In this document: positions 49,366 through 57,897 of the stretch, piece after piece
How positions within the stretch are numbered: position 1 is the first letter of the stretch
How the letters are laid out: each line of letters opens with the position of its first letter
Assembly: GCA_038202885.1 (NCBI GenBank)
Contig: JBBREP010000004.1
Location: forward strand, 15,528-79,527
Direction: 5' to 3'
DNA: 64,000 nt
Origin: Acidimicrobiia bacterium
GTDB taxonomy: Bacteria; Actinomycetota; Acidimicrobiia; IMCC26256; PALSA-610
Position numbers and translations under genes: made by a program
Notes under the pieces: generated by a model
Told to the model about the DNA's origin: nothing
Databases searched by the model: none
The model's input: only the letters and a program-made list of their open reading frames with translations

Positions 49366-49462
49366 GACATCGCAACGTACGCAGCGCTGACGGGTGTGTC
49401 AACCAGGGCGGTAGGCACGGGTCGATCATGGCGCGTCAGCCGCGGTGGGCAAGGATGGGTGC

Positions 49463-50296
49463 ATGGATCCCATCTCCGAACACGAGGCGCTGTTTCTCCC
49501 CGACGGCGACGCGATGGTCGCCACGCCCCTCGCGCGCGGTCCGTGGAGCCCCAATGCGCTCCACGGCGGGCCGGTCGCGGCACTCCTTGCACGCGCCGCG
49601 CAGGCTTGCGACCCCGGGCCGGCGAACTTCGTCACGCGCATCACCGTGGAGTTGTACCGACCGGTGCCACTCGGTCGGCTGCGTGTCGAGGCTCGCACCG
49701 TTCGGCCTGGGCGCAAGGTGCAATGGATCGATGTGCTGTTGCACGACGACGGCGGCACGCTCGTGGCCGGCGCGCACGCGCTGCGTGTTGAGCGGTCGGA
49801 ATCGCCGCGTTACGACGTTGGTGCGCGTGCGATTCCGCCCGGCGTGACGATGCCGGCCCCACCCGAGGGGCTCGCGCCCGCGGCGCTCGGACTGATGGGC
49901 CACGTAGGTTTTTGGAACGCGACCGAACTGCGGCTTGCCGCAGGCGACTGGCAGGACGCCGGACCGGGTGCCGCGTGGCTGTACCTGCGCGCGCCGGTCG
50001 TGCCCGGCGAGGAGCCGACGGCGCTGGAACGCGTTGCCGCGGCAGCCGACTTCGCGAGTGGCGTCGGTAACCCCGTGCGCACGGCCGCGGCAGGCACGAT
50101 CAATGCGGAGCTGTCGATCCATGTGCATCGACCCGCGGTAGGTACGTGGATCGGGCTCGACGCGAGGGCGTGGGCGCACGCCGAAGGCGGCGGACTCTGC
50201 GAATCAGTGATTCATGACGAACGCGGTCCGGTCGGCCGCAGCGCCCAAGCCCTCGTCGTGATCGAGTCCGTCCCCTGGGAAACCCCACCCCGCTGA
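49463..50296 (+). CDS. acyl-CoA thioesterase (double hot-dog, TesB-like)
   Basis: ~278 aa, two hot-dog halves ('GGPVAALLARAA', 'NAELSIHVHRP'). Start at 'MDPISEHEAL'. Confidence 0.7.
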   Translation: MDPISEHEALFLPDGDAMVATPLARGPWSPNALHGGPVAALLARAAQACDPGPANFVTRITVELYRPVPLGRLRVEARTVRPGRKVQWIDVLLHDDGGTLVAGAHALRVERSESPRYDVGARAIPPGVTMPAPPEGLAPAALGLMGHVGFWNATELRLAAGDWQDAGPGAAWLYLRAPVVPGEEPTALERVAAAADFASGVGNPVRTAAAGTINAELSIHVHRPAVGTWIGLDARAWAHAEGGGLCESVIHDERGPVGRSAQALVVIESVPWETPPR

Positions 50297-50340
50297 TGCG
50301 TGGTTTCGGGGGTCTATATGACCCCGAAACGACGCATCAG
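50293..50340. repeat. 19-bp-arm imperfect palindrome between convergent genes; overlaps the thioesterase stop
   Basis: Reads CTGATGCGTGGTTTCGGGG-gtctatatga-CCCCGAAACGACGCATCAG. The outer arms match the 39004 palindrome. Confidence 0.8.
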
Positions 50341-50355
50341 GTTTGCCGCTGGTGG

Positions 50356-50853
50356 CTATTCGTCGTCTTCGTCGTCGCCGCTGCGGTCGACGTCGGCCGC
50401 GAGCAGATCGAACTCGCCGTTGCGAAACACGATCATCGTCGGGCGCCCTTCGAGCGGCGGGCGCAGGCCACCACGCGCAGTGTCGACGCGCACCGCGATC
50501 GTGCGCCGCCCCTTCGCCGTCGGCAGCGCGACCTTGCCGTCGGAGCTCCACTTGAACGCGCCGGGAGGCAACGTGAGCGACTGGTACGTCGAGAACTTCG
50601 GCTGCTTGCCGGCCCGGCGTTCGAGCGACAGTTCGACGCGTTCGGTGATCGGCGTTACGAACGTCTCCGGCAGCTTGTGTGCGTCGACGACTTCCTTGAC
50701 AAGCTCCCGCAGCTCGCGCCCCGAGAACGCGCTGTGTTGGAGCGCGGCGGCTCGGGCCAGGTTGCTGACCTTGTTCGCCCGCTCGAGCGTCGCACGCAAC
50801 AGCTCATGCGTCTGCGGATCGGGCAGGACGTGGACGTCGTCGATATCGGCCAT
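50356..50853 (-). pseudogene. TnpB (IS200/IS605 OrfB) N-terminal fragment: no RuvC or zinc-finger region
   Basis: 'KFSTYQSLTLPPGAFKWSSDGKVALPTAKGRRTIAVRVDTARGGLRPPLEGRPTMIVFRNGEFDLLAADV' resembles the TnpB WED/REC segment. It ends after 165 aa with an acidic tail. Confidence 0.4.
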
Positions 50854-51115
50854 GGCAACGCGGATGGTAGATGCTTGGCGCTCGGCAGACCCGAGGCCTT
50901 TGCGCTGGCGAGAGGCCAGCGGCACCCGCAATGGGTATCAGGAACGCTTGCCAGCGTTCGGACGCTTGCCGTGGTTCGCCTTTTTGCGCTTGGCGTTCAG
51001 ACGGCGCATCTTGGTTTTCTTGCTCACAAGTCGAGGAGGCTAGCTGGCCGGGGCACTACCCATCGAACCGCACGCCGTTGCGATGTCACGCGCGGCCCTC
51101 GATACCCTGGCCGCG

Positions 51116-52150
51116 ATGGAGAATGTCGGGCTCGTCGGATGGTCGGACGCGGGCTCGAACCGCCTATTCAGCGCGCTGACCGGCCTTGGCGATCCCGGGC
51201 TGTTCGAGCGGGCCGTCGGGATTGCCCATGTGGTCGACGACCGACTCCAGCGGCTGGCGGTGATGTCGGAGTCGAAGAAAGTCGTACCCGCGGGCTTCGA
51301 GCTTGCGCACATCGCGCTGCCGCCCGGCTCCAAGCCCGGCGAAGGTCTCGGCGCCAAGTTCCTCGGCGAACTGCGCAATTGCGACGCAATTTGTTTCGTG
51401 CTGCGGGCCCACGACGGCGACCTGGGCCCGGCCGACCCCGCCGGCGACCTCGAGGGCCTCGAACTCGAACTCGTGGTGGCCGACCTCGCCACTGTCGAAC
51501 AGCGACTCGACAAGCAACGCCGAGCGGCCAAGAGCGGCGACAAGGCCATCGTCGCCGAGGTGGCCGCGCTGGAACTCGCGCACGCGCCTTTGTCGGACGG
51601 TGTGCCGTTGTATCGCGCCAATCTCGATCCCGATGTGCGTGCGCTGCTCGTGCCCTGTTTCTTGCTCACGAACAAGTCGACGCTCGTCGTGCTCGGTATT
51701 GACGAGACCCAACTCGACCAGGCCGACGCGATCGCAGCGCCGTTCGGTAGCGACGCGCTTGCCGTTGCCATCGACATCGAAGCCGAGATCGCGGCGTGCG
51801 CACCCGAGGATCGCCCCGAGATGCTCGAGACGTTCGGCATCGGTGAGAGCGTGCTGCCCCGTCTCGCACGCGCGGCGTACCACTGTCTGGGGCGGCGCAC
51901 GTTCCTGACGACCGGCGACACCGAATCGCGCGCCTGGACGTTTCGGGCCGGCGCCAAGGCGCCCGAGTGCGCGGGTGTGATCCACAGCGATCTGCAGCGC
52001 GGCTTCATTCGCGCCGAGGTGATCCGCTGGGACGATCTGCTCGAGATCGGCTCGTGGGCCAAGGCCAAGGAGCTGAAGAAGATCCGCGTCGAAGGCAAGG
52101 ACTACGAAGTCCTCGACGGCGATGTCCTCGAAATCCGCTTCAACGTGTGA
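51116..52150 (+). CDS. YchF-like Obg-family GTPase paralog with degenerate G1/G3 motifs
   Basis: C-terminal TGS domain 'VIHSDLQRGFIRAEVIRWDDL...RVEGKDYEVLDGDVLEIRFNV' is conserved. The P-loop reads 'GLVGWSDAGSN' instead of GxPNVGKST, and DxxG is replaced by 'HIALPPG'. Confidence 0.7.
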   Translation: MENVGLVGWSDAGSNRLFSALTGLGDPGLFERAVGIAHVVDDRLQRLAVMSESKKVVPAGFELAHIALPPGSKPGEGLGAKFLGELRNCDAICFVLRAHDGDLGPADPAGDLEGLELELVVADLATVEQRLDKQRRAAKSGDKAIVAEVAALELAHAPLSDGVPLYRANLDPDVRALLVPCFLLTNKSTLVVLGIDETQLDQADAIAAPFGSDALAVAIDIEAEIAACAPEDRPEMLETFGIGESVLPRLARAAYHCLGRRTFLTTGDTESRAWTFRAGAKAPECAGVIHSDLQRGFIRAEVIRWDDLLEIGSWAKAKELKKIRVEGKDYEVLDGDVLEIRFNV

Positions 52151-52361
52151 AGAATATCTGTCTGGTCGACGAGGCCATGCCCACGTGCGGCGATCGCAGC
52201 CATGCTTCGGCGAGACCGGTACAAGCGATCGCTCGCCGCGCCGGACGGAGTAGGCGCAAGAGAGCAGCGCCGCGTGTAACTGGCGCGAAAGCTGCCGCAA
52301 CGCGCGTCAATTCGCCGTAAAGGCCATATGCATCTGTTCGTTTCCGGCGTACAACCGAAGT

Positions 52362-53138
52362 GTGGCTACGTGGCGCAGAGGCGAATCGCTCGGTCGAGAG
52401 ACCGCAGGCTTTGTTGTCGGCGGCTTCGGCGCGCTGGTAGTGGCTGGCACTTTGGTGCCGCTGCGGTCCCACATGCAGAACGCCGACGTGGCGCTCGTCC
52501 TCGTGCTTCCTGTGCTCGTCGCCGCCGTTATCGGCGGTCGGTGGGCCGGGTTCGAAGCAGCGGTCATCGCCGCGATGACGTTCGACTTCTTCTTCACTGA
52601 TCCCTACCAGTCGCTGAAGATGACCGATGGCAGCGATGTGGTGACGCTCGTGTTGCTCGCGGTGGTCGGGCTCGTGTCGGCCGAAGTCGGCATCCGGGCT
52701 CGGCGCGTCACGCGATCGGCGAGCGACGCCCGCACCGAGCTGCAACGCTTGTTCCGTATCGCCGAACTCTCGGCTGGTGGTGGCGAGCCTGATGACGTGG
52801 TGTCGGCGGTGCGCGCCGAATTGATGGGCATGTTCGCGCTCGACGAGTGCACGTTTGAACCGAACGACGCACAGTCGGACCGAGCTCGGCTCGGCCGGCG
52901 CGGTGCCATCGTGGGCGCCACGTTGCGGTTCGAGGGCGACGACTTTTCGCTCCCTCCGAGTGGGATCGACCTTCCCGTTGTCGGCCGTGGCCGTGCGTTC
53001 GGGCGTCTCGTGCTCCAGCCCGGCCCGCGCTCGAGCGCATCGGCCGAGAAGCGCTTTGTTGCGGTCGCGCTCGCCGACGAGCTCGGGGTGGTGCTCGCGG
53101 CCGAGCGCAACGACGGCGATCCGCCGCGTTCGGGCTGA
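52362..53138 (+). CDS. stand-alone DUF4118 plus GAF-like protein (KdpD sensor-core paralog without kinase domains)
   Basis: 'AVIAAMTFDFFFTDPYQSL' DUF4118 signature, parallel to the KdpD region at 57898..60444. The start may be at the internal 'MQNADV'. Confidence 0.65.
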   Translation: MATWRRGESLGRETAGFVVGGFGALVVAGTLVPLRSHMQNADVALVLVLPVLVAAVIGGRWAGFEAAVIAAMTFDFFFTDPYQSLKMTDGSDVVTLVLLAVVGLVSAEVGIRARRVTRSASDARTELQRLFRIAELSAGGGEPDDVVSAVRAELMGMFALDECTFEPNDAQSDRARLGRRGAIVGATLRFEGDDFSLPPSGIDLPVVGRGRAFGRLVLQPGPRSSASAEKRFVAVALADELGVVLAAERNDGDPPRSG

Positions 53139-53209
53139 GTGCGGCCCGCGCCGGCCAAGTCCGATCACCCGTTTCTTCGATCCATCCGAGCAACATTCGA
53201 GGAGTCCTC

Positions 53210-53365
53210 GTGGCCGACATCGTGTATCTCGCTGTGATCGTCGCCTTCTTCGCGCTGTGCGTCGCGTTCGTGCGCGCGTGCGATCGCATCATCGGGCCCG
53301 ACGAGCTCGCGCCCTTGATCCCAGCCGACGGCGACGATGCCGGCGCGAGCGAGGTGGCCGCGTGA
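53210..53365 (+). CDS. candidate 51-aa membrane micro-protein upstream of kdpF
   Basis: GTG after GAGGAG, '[23 protein letters not shown]' TM helix plus acidic tail. The TGA stop overlaps the GTG start of kdpF (GTGA). Confidence 0.35.
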   Translation: MADIVYLAVIVAFFALCVAFVRACDRIIGPDELAPLIPADGDDAGASEVAA

Positions 53366-53451
53366 GTTACGACAACGCGCTCGGTCTCATCTTGTCGATC
53401 CTCGTGACCGCGTACCTCGTGTTCGCACTCGTCGCGCCGGAGAAGCTCTGA
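53362..53451 (+). CDS. kdpF: K+-transporting ATPase subunit F
   Basis: 29 aa '[29 protein letters not shown]'. Its stop overlaps the kdpA ATG. Confidence 0.7.
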   Translation: MSYDNALGLILSILVTAYLVFALVAPEKL

Positions 53452-55163
53452 TGGCCGGCTGGCTGCAGCTCCTCCTGATCGTCGCGCTGCTCGCGGTCTC
53501 GATCCCGCTGATCGGTGCGTACCTCGCGAAGGTCTACGGCAACGGCCGTGCACCTGGCGATCGCGTGTTCCTGCCCGTCGAACGGGCGATCTTCCGTGTG
53601 TGCGGTGTCGATCCCGAGCGTGAGCAGCGGTGGAACGTCTACACGCTGTCGTTGCTCGCGTTCAGCGCGGTGTCATTGCTCGTGTTGTACGCGCAGCTCC
53701 GACTCCAGCACTACTTACCGTTCAACGCCGATCACCAGAAGAACGTCCCCGCGGGTCTGTCGTTCAACACGTCGGTGAGCTTCCTCACGAACACCAACTG
53801 GCAGAACTACTCGGGTGAGTCGACGATGAGCCATCTCACCCAGATGAGCGGGCTCGCGTTCCACAACTTCGTGTCGGCCGCGGCCGGTGCTGCCGTCGCC
53901 GTCGCGCTGATTCGCGGCCTCACGCGTACGCGCTCGGCAACCATTGGCAACTTCTGGGCTGATCTTGTGCGCACGTGCACGCGCGTGCTGCTGCCGTTGT
54001 CGTTCGCGTTCGCGCTCGTGCTGGTGAGCCAGGGCGCGATCCAGAACTTCCACGCGGCCCGTCCGGTCACGACCGTGACGGGTCAGACCCAGACCATTCC
54101 CGGCGGTCCGATCGCCAGCCAAGAGGCCATCAAGGAGATCGGCGAGAACGGCGGCGGGCCGTTCAACGCCAACGCGTCGCATCCGTTCGAGAATCCGAAC
54201 GGGGTCACGAACGTGCTCGAGATTTGGCTGTTGCTTGCCATTCCGTTCGCGTTCCCATTCGCCTTCGGTCGGATGGCCGGCAGCGCCAGGCAGGGCTGGG
54301 TCGTGTTCGCCGCGATGTTCCTGCTGTGGTTCGGCGCGTCGGCCGCGGCGATGACGTTCGAGACTCGAGGCAGTCCAAAGATCGCGACGGCAGGGGTGAG
54401 CCAACAGACCACCGCCGCGCAGTCGGGCGGCGGCAACCTCGAAGGGAAAGAGACCCGGTTCGGGGCGGCGGGGTGCGGCGTGTTCGCGGCGAGCACAACC
54501 GGCACCTCGACGGGATCGGTCGATTGCATGCATGACAGCATGACGCCGCTCGGCGGTGGCGTGACGATCGTCAACATCATGCTCGGGGAGGTGAGTCCCG
54601 GCGGCGCCGGCTCGGGTATGTACGGGATGCTCGTGTTCGCACTGCTGAGTGTGTTCATCGCCGGTCTGATGGTCGGGCGCACACCGGAGTACCTCGGCAA
54701 GAAGATCCAGGCCGCCGAGATGAAGCTCGTCGTGCTCTACATCCTCGTTGTGCCGCTCGCGATCCTCACGTTCAGCGCGATTTCGGTGGTGTTGCACAGC
54801 GCGCAATCCTCGCTCCTCAACGCGGGGCCTCACGGCCTCAGCGAGATGACGTATGCGTTCACGAGTGCGGCGAACAACAACGGCTCGGCCTTTGGCGGGC
54901 TCTCGGGTAACACGCAGTGGTTCAACACCACGCTTGGCCTGTGCATGCTGGTCGGGCGGTATCTGCTGATGATCCCGGTGTTGGCGATCGCAGGCTCGCT
55001 CGCTCGCAAGCAACCGGTCCCGCCCTCCGCGGGCACGTTCCCCACCGGCACGCCGCTGTTCTCTGCGTTGCTCGGCGGCGTGGTGATCATCGTCGTCGGT
55101 TTGACGTTCTTCCCCGTTGTGGCGCTCGGCCCCGTGGTCGAGCACCTCGTCGGCAAGTTCTGA
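53451..55163 (+). CDS. kdpA: K+-transporting ATPase subunit A
   Basis: '[29 protein letters not shown]', ~570 aa, 10 TM helices. Confidence 0.9.
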   Translation: MAGWLQLLLIVALLAVSIPLIGAYLAKVYGNGRAPGDRVFLPVERAIFRVCGVDPEREQRWNVYTLSLLAFSAVSLLVLYAQLRLQHYLPFNADHQKNVPAGLSFNTSVSFLTNTNWQNYSGESTMSHLTQMSGLAFHNFVSAAAGAAVAVALIRGLTRTRSATIGNFWADLVRTCTRVLLPLSFAFALVLVSQGAIQNFHAARPVTTVTGQTQTIPGGPIASQEAIKEIGENGGGPFNANASHPFENPNGVTNVLEIWLLLAIPFAFPFAFGRMAGSARQGWVVFAAMFLLWFGASAAAMTFETRGSPKIATAGVSQQTTAAQSGGGNLEGKETRFGAAGCGVFAASTTGTSTGSVDCMHDSMTPLGGGVTIVNIMLGEVSPGGAGSGMYGMLVFALLSVFIAGLMVGRTPEYLGKKIQAAEMKLVVLYILVVPLAILTFSAISVVLHSAQSSLLNAGPHGLSEMTYAFTSAANNNGSAFGGLSGNTQWFNTTLGLCMLVGRYLLMIPVLAIAGSLARKQPVPPSAGTFPTGTPLFSALLGGVVIIVVGLTFFPVVALGPVVEHLVGKF

Positions 55164-55173
55164 TGGAGTGCAG

Positions 55174-57255
55174 ATGACCACGGACATGCTCGCAAGTGAA
55201 ACACCGTCGCCCGATCTTGAGCCGCACGCGTCTGCGGGCACGTCGAAGCGCCGAGCGACATCGATGTTCGACCCGACGATCCTGAAGCGTGCGGTGGTCG
55301 ACTCGATCCGCAAGCTCGACCCTCGCCAGATGGCTCGCAACCCAGTGATGTTCGTCGTCGAGGTCGGCAGCGTGCTCACGACGTTCCTTGCGATTCGCGA
55401 CACCGATGGCTTCGCCACGCTGGTGACGGTCTGGTTGTGGTTCACGGTGTTGTTCGCGAACTTCGCCGAAGCCGTCGCCGAAGGGCGCGGCAAGGCGCAG
55501 GCCGACACGCTGCGCAAGACCCGCGCCGAGACGGTCGCGTACGTGCGCCAAGCCGACGGCACGGTGCGCGAGACGCCATCGACCGAACTCCAGGTGGGTG
55601 ATCTGTGCGTGGTCGATGCGGGCCAGCTCATCCCCGGTGACGGCGACGTGGTCGAAGGGATCGCGTCGATCGACGAATCGGCGATCACTGGTGAGTCGGC
55701 GCCGGTGATCCGCGAATCGGGCGGTGACCGCTCGGCGGTCACGGGCGGTACCGGGGTGCTGTCCGACCAGATCGTGGTGCGCATCAGCTCGAAACCGGGC
55801 GAGACGTTCCTCGATCGCATGATCGCACTCGTCGAAGGCGCGAGCCGTCAAAAGACCCCCAACGAGATCGCGCTCAACATCTTGCTGGCGGGTCTCACGA
55901 TCATCTTCTTGCTCGCGGTGGTGACGCTCCAGCCGTTCGCGATCTATTCGCACGCGCAGCAATCACTCACCGTGTTGGTAGCGCTGCTGGTGTGCCTGAT
56001 CCCCACCACGATCGGTGCGTTGCTGTCGGCGATCGGGATCGCAGGCATGGACCGCCTCGTGCAGCGCAATGTGCTGGCCATGAGCGGGCGCGCCGTCGAG
56101 GCGGCGGGCGACTGCAGCACCTTGTTGCTCGACAAGACCGGCACGATCACCTATGGCAACCGCATGGCCGCGGAGTTCTTGCCGGTCGGCGGCGTCACCG
56201 AAGCCGAGCTGGCCGAAACCGCGCTCCTATCGAGCCTCGCCGACGAGACGCCCGAAGGCCGTTCGATCGTCAAGCTCGCGATCGACGCGCATGGTCTGGT
56301 TGCTCGCGACATGCCAGGGGCCGAGCTCGTGGCGTTCACCGCGCAGACTCGTATGTCGGGCTTCGACTTCGAAGGTCGCATGGTCCGCAAAGGCGCGACC
56401 GATTCGGTGAAGCGTTGGGTGGAGGAGCAGGGCGGTCACGTGCCCGACGACCTCGAGCCAATCGTCGAGCGCATCGCCACGACCGGCGGTACGCCGTTGA
56501 CCGTTGCCGACGGGCAACGCGTGCTTGGTGTGATTCACCTCAAAGACACCGTCAAAGCCGGCATGCGCGAACGCTTCGACGAGATGCGCCGCATGGGCAT
56601 CCGCACGATCATGATCACCGGCGACAACCCGCTCACGGCGCGCGCGATCGCAGCCGAGGCCGGCGTCGACGACTTCCTGGCCGAGGCCACACCCGAAGAC
56701 AAGATGGCCCTCATCAAGAAGGAACAGCAGGGCGGCTACCTCGTGGCCATGACGGGTGACGGCACGAACGACGCGCCGGCGCTCGCGCAAGCCGATGTAG
56801 GCGTGGCCATGAACACTGGTACCCAAGCCGCCAAAGAGGCCGGCAACATGGTCGACCTCGACTCGGATCCGACGAAACTCATTGAGATCGTCGAAATTGG
56901 TAAGCAGCTCCTCATCACGCGTGGATCGTTGACGACCTTCTCCATCTCAAACGACATCGCCAAGTACTTCGCGATCATCCCAGCCATGTTCCAAGGCGTG
57001 TTCCCCGCGTTGAGTTCGCTCAACATCATGAAGCTGGACAACCCGCACTCCGCGATCCTGTCGGCCGTGATCTTCAACGCGCTCATCATCGTGGCGCTCA
57101 TCCCGCTTGCACTGCGAGGTGTGAAATACCGCGCCATGGGGGCCGCCGCGATTCTGCGCCGCAACCTCTTGATCTACGGCGTGGGCGGGGTGGTCGCGCC
57201 GTTTGCGGGGATCAAGCTCATCGACATGATCATCACTGCGATGGGGGTGAAGTAA
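55174..57255 (+). CDS. kdpB: K+-transporting P-type ATPase subunit B
   Basis: '[10 protein letters not shown]' phosphorylation motif, '[13 protein letters not shown]', 694 aa. Confidence 0.95.
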   Translation: MTTDMLASETPSPDLEPHASAGTSKRRATSMFDPTILKRAVVDSIRKLDPRQMARNPVMFVVEVGSVLTTFLAIRDTDGFATLVTVWLWFTVLFANFAEAVAEGRGKAQADTLRKTRAETVAYVRQADGTVRETPSTELQVGDLCVVDAGQLIPGDGDVVEGIASIDESAITGESAPVIRESGGDRSAVTGGTGVLSDQIVVRISSKPGETFLDRMIALVEGASRQKTPNEIALNILLAGLTIIFLLAVVTLQPFAIYSHAQQSLTVLVALLVCLIPTTIGALLSAIGIAGMDRLVQRNVLAMSGRAVEAAGDCSTLLLDKTGTITYGNRMAAEFLPVGGVTEAELAETALLSSLADETPEGRSIVKLAIDAHGLVARDMPGAELVAFTAQTRMSGFDFEGRMVRKGATDSVKRWVEEQGGHVPDDLEPIVERIATTGGTPLTVADGQRVLGVIHLKDTVKAGMRERFDEMRRMGIRTIMITGDNPLTARAIAAEAGVDDFLAEATPEDKMALIKKEQQGGYLVAMTGDGTNDAPALAQADVGVAMNTGTQAAKEAGNMVDLDSDPTKLIEIVEIGKQLLITRGSLTTFSISNDIAKYFAIIPAMFQGVFPALSSLNIMKLDNPHSAILSAVIFNALIIVALIPLALRGVKYRAMGAAAILRRNLLIYGVGGVVAPFAGIKLIDMIITAMGVK

Positions 57256-57890
57256 TGCGTCGCCAACTTCTCACCGGTCTGCTCATGACCGTTGTACTCA
57301 CGGTGTTGCTGGGCGTCGTGTATCCGCTTGCGGTCACGGGCGTCTCGCAGCTGGCGTTCGCGCACAAGGCCAACGGGTCGTTCGTCAAGGACAAGGCCGG
57401 CAAGGTGGTCGGCTCGTCGTCGCTCGGTCAGCAGTTCGTCGATGCCGACGGGAATCCCGTCGCGAAGTACTTCCAACCCCGGCCTTCGGCATACCACTAC
57501 GACGCCATGTCGAGCGGGGGGTCGAACTACGGGCCGTCGAACCCGAGGCTCATCGCTACGTGCCTGAAGATCACCGACAACAAGGGGGTCAGCTGCGATC
57601 CCAACACCATCCCACAGCGGGCCAAGGCGTACCGTACGTTGAATGGGCTTGCAACGGATGCAACCGTGCCGGTCGACGCTGTGACCGCATCGGCATCGGG
57701 TCTCGACCCCGACATCTCGCCTGCGAATGCTCGCTTGCAGGCCGCCCGGGTGGCCAAGGCGCGAGGCCTGTCGCTCACTGAGGTACTCGCGCTCGTCCAC
57801 AGCAACACGGCCGACCGAAACCTCGGATTCATCGGTGAACCCATCGTGCATGTACTCGCGCTGAACCTCGCGCTCGACAAGTTGGCGTGA
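57255..57890 (+). CDS. kdpC: K+-transporting ATPase subunit C
   Basis: '[24 protein letters not shown]...', 211 aa. Confidence 0.9.
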   Translation: MRRQLLTGLLMTVVLTVLLGVVYPLAVTGVSQLAFAHKANGSFVKDKAGKVVGSSSLGQQFVDADGNPVAKYFQPRPSAYHYDAMSSGGSNYGPSNPRLIATCLKITDNKGVSCDPNTIPQRAKAYRTLNGLATDATVPVDAVTASASGLDPDISPANARLQAARVAKARGLSLTEVLALVHSNTADRNLGFIGEPIVHVLALNLALDKLA

Positions 57891-57897
57891 GCGGCGC

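Noticed and set aside
50937-51026. Lys/Arg-rich micro-ORF on the minus strand (VSKKTKMRRLNAKRKKANHGKRPNAGKRS...) that reminded me of the actinobacterial ribosomal micro-protein bL37
   Set aside because: The similarity is from memory only, and the frame has no stop for >100 codons, running through the TnpB-fragment region in another frame. It cannot be a cleanly terminated 24-30-aa gene as the sequence stands. It would need an alignment to verified bL37 sequences and a check for a frameshift.
53139-53209. Possible c-di-AMP (ydaO-type) riboswitch upstream of kdp, as occurs in some Firmicutes and Actinobacteria
   Set aside because: Only ~70 nt of non-coding sequence is available and I see no ydaO-like conserved ACGGGGA/CCCG pseudoknot elements. 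There is not enough room for the ~130-nt aptamer.
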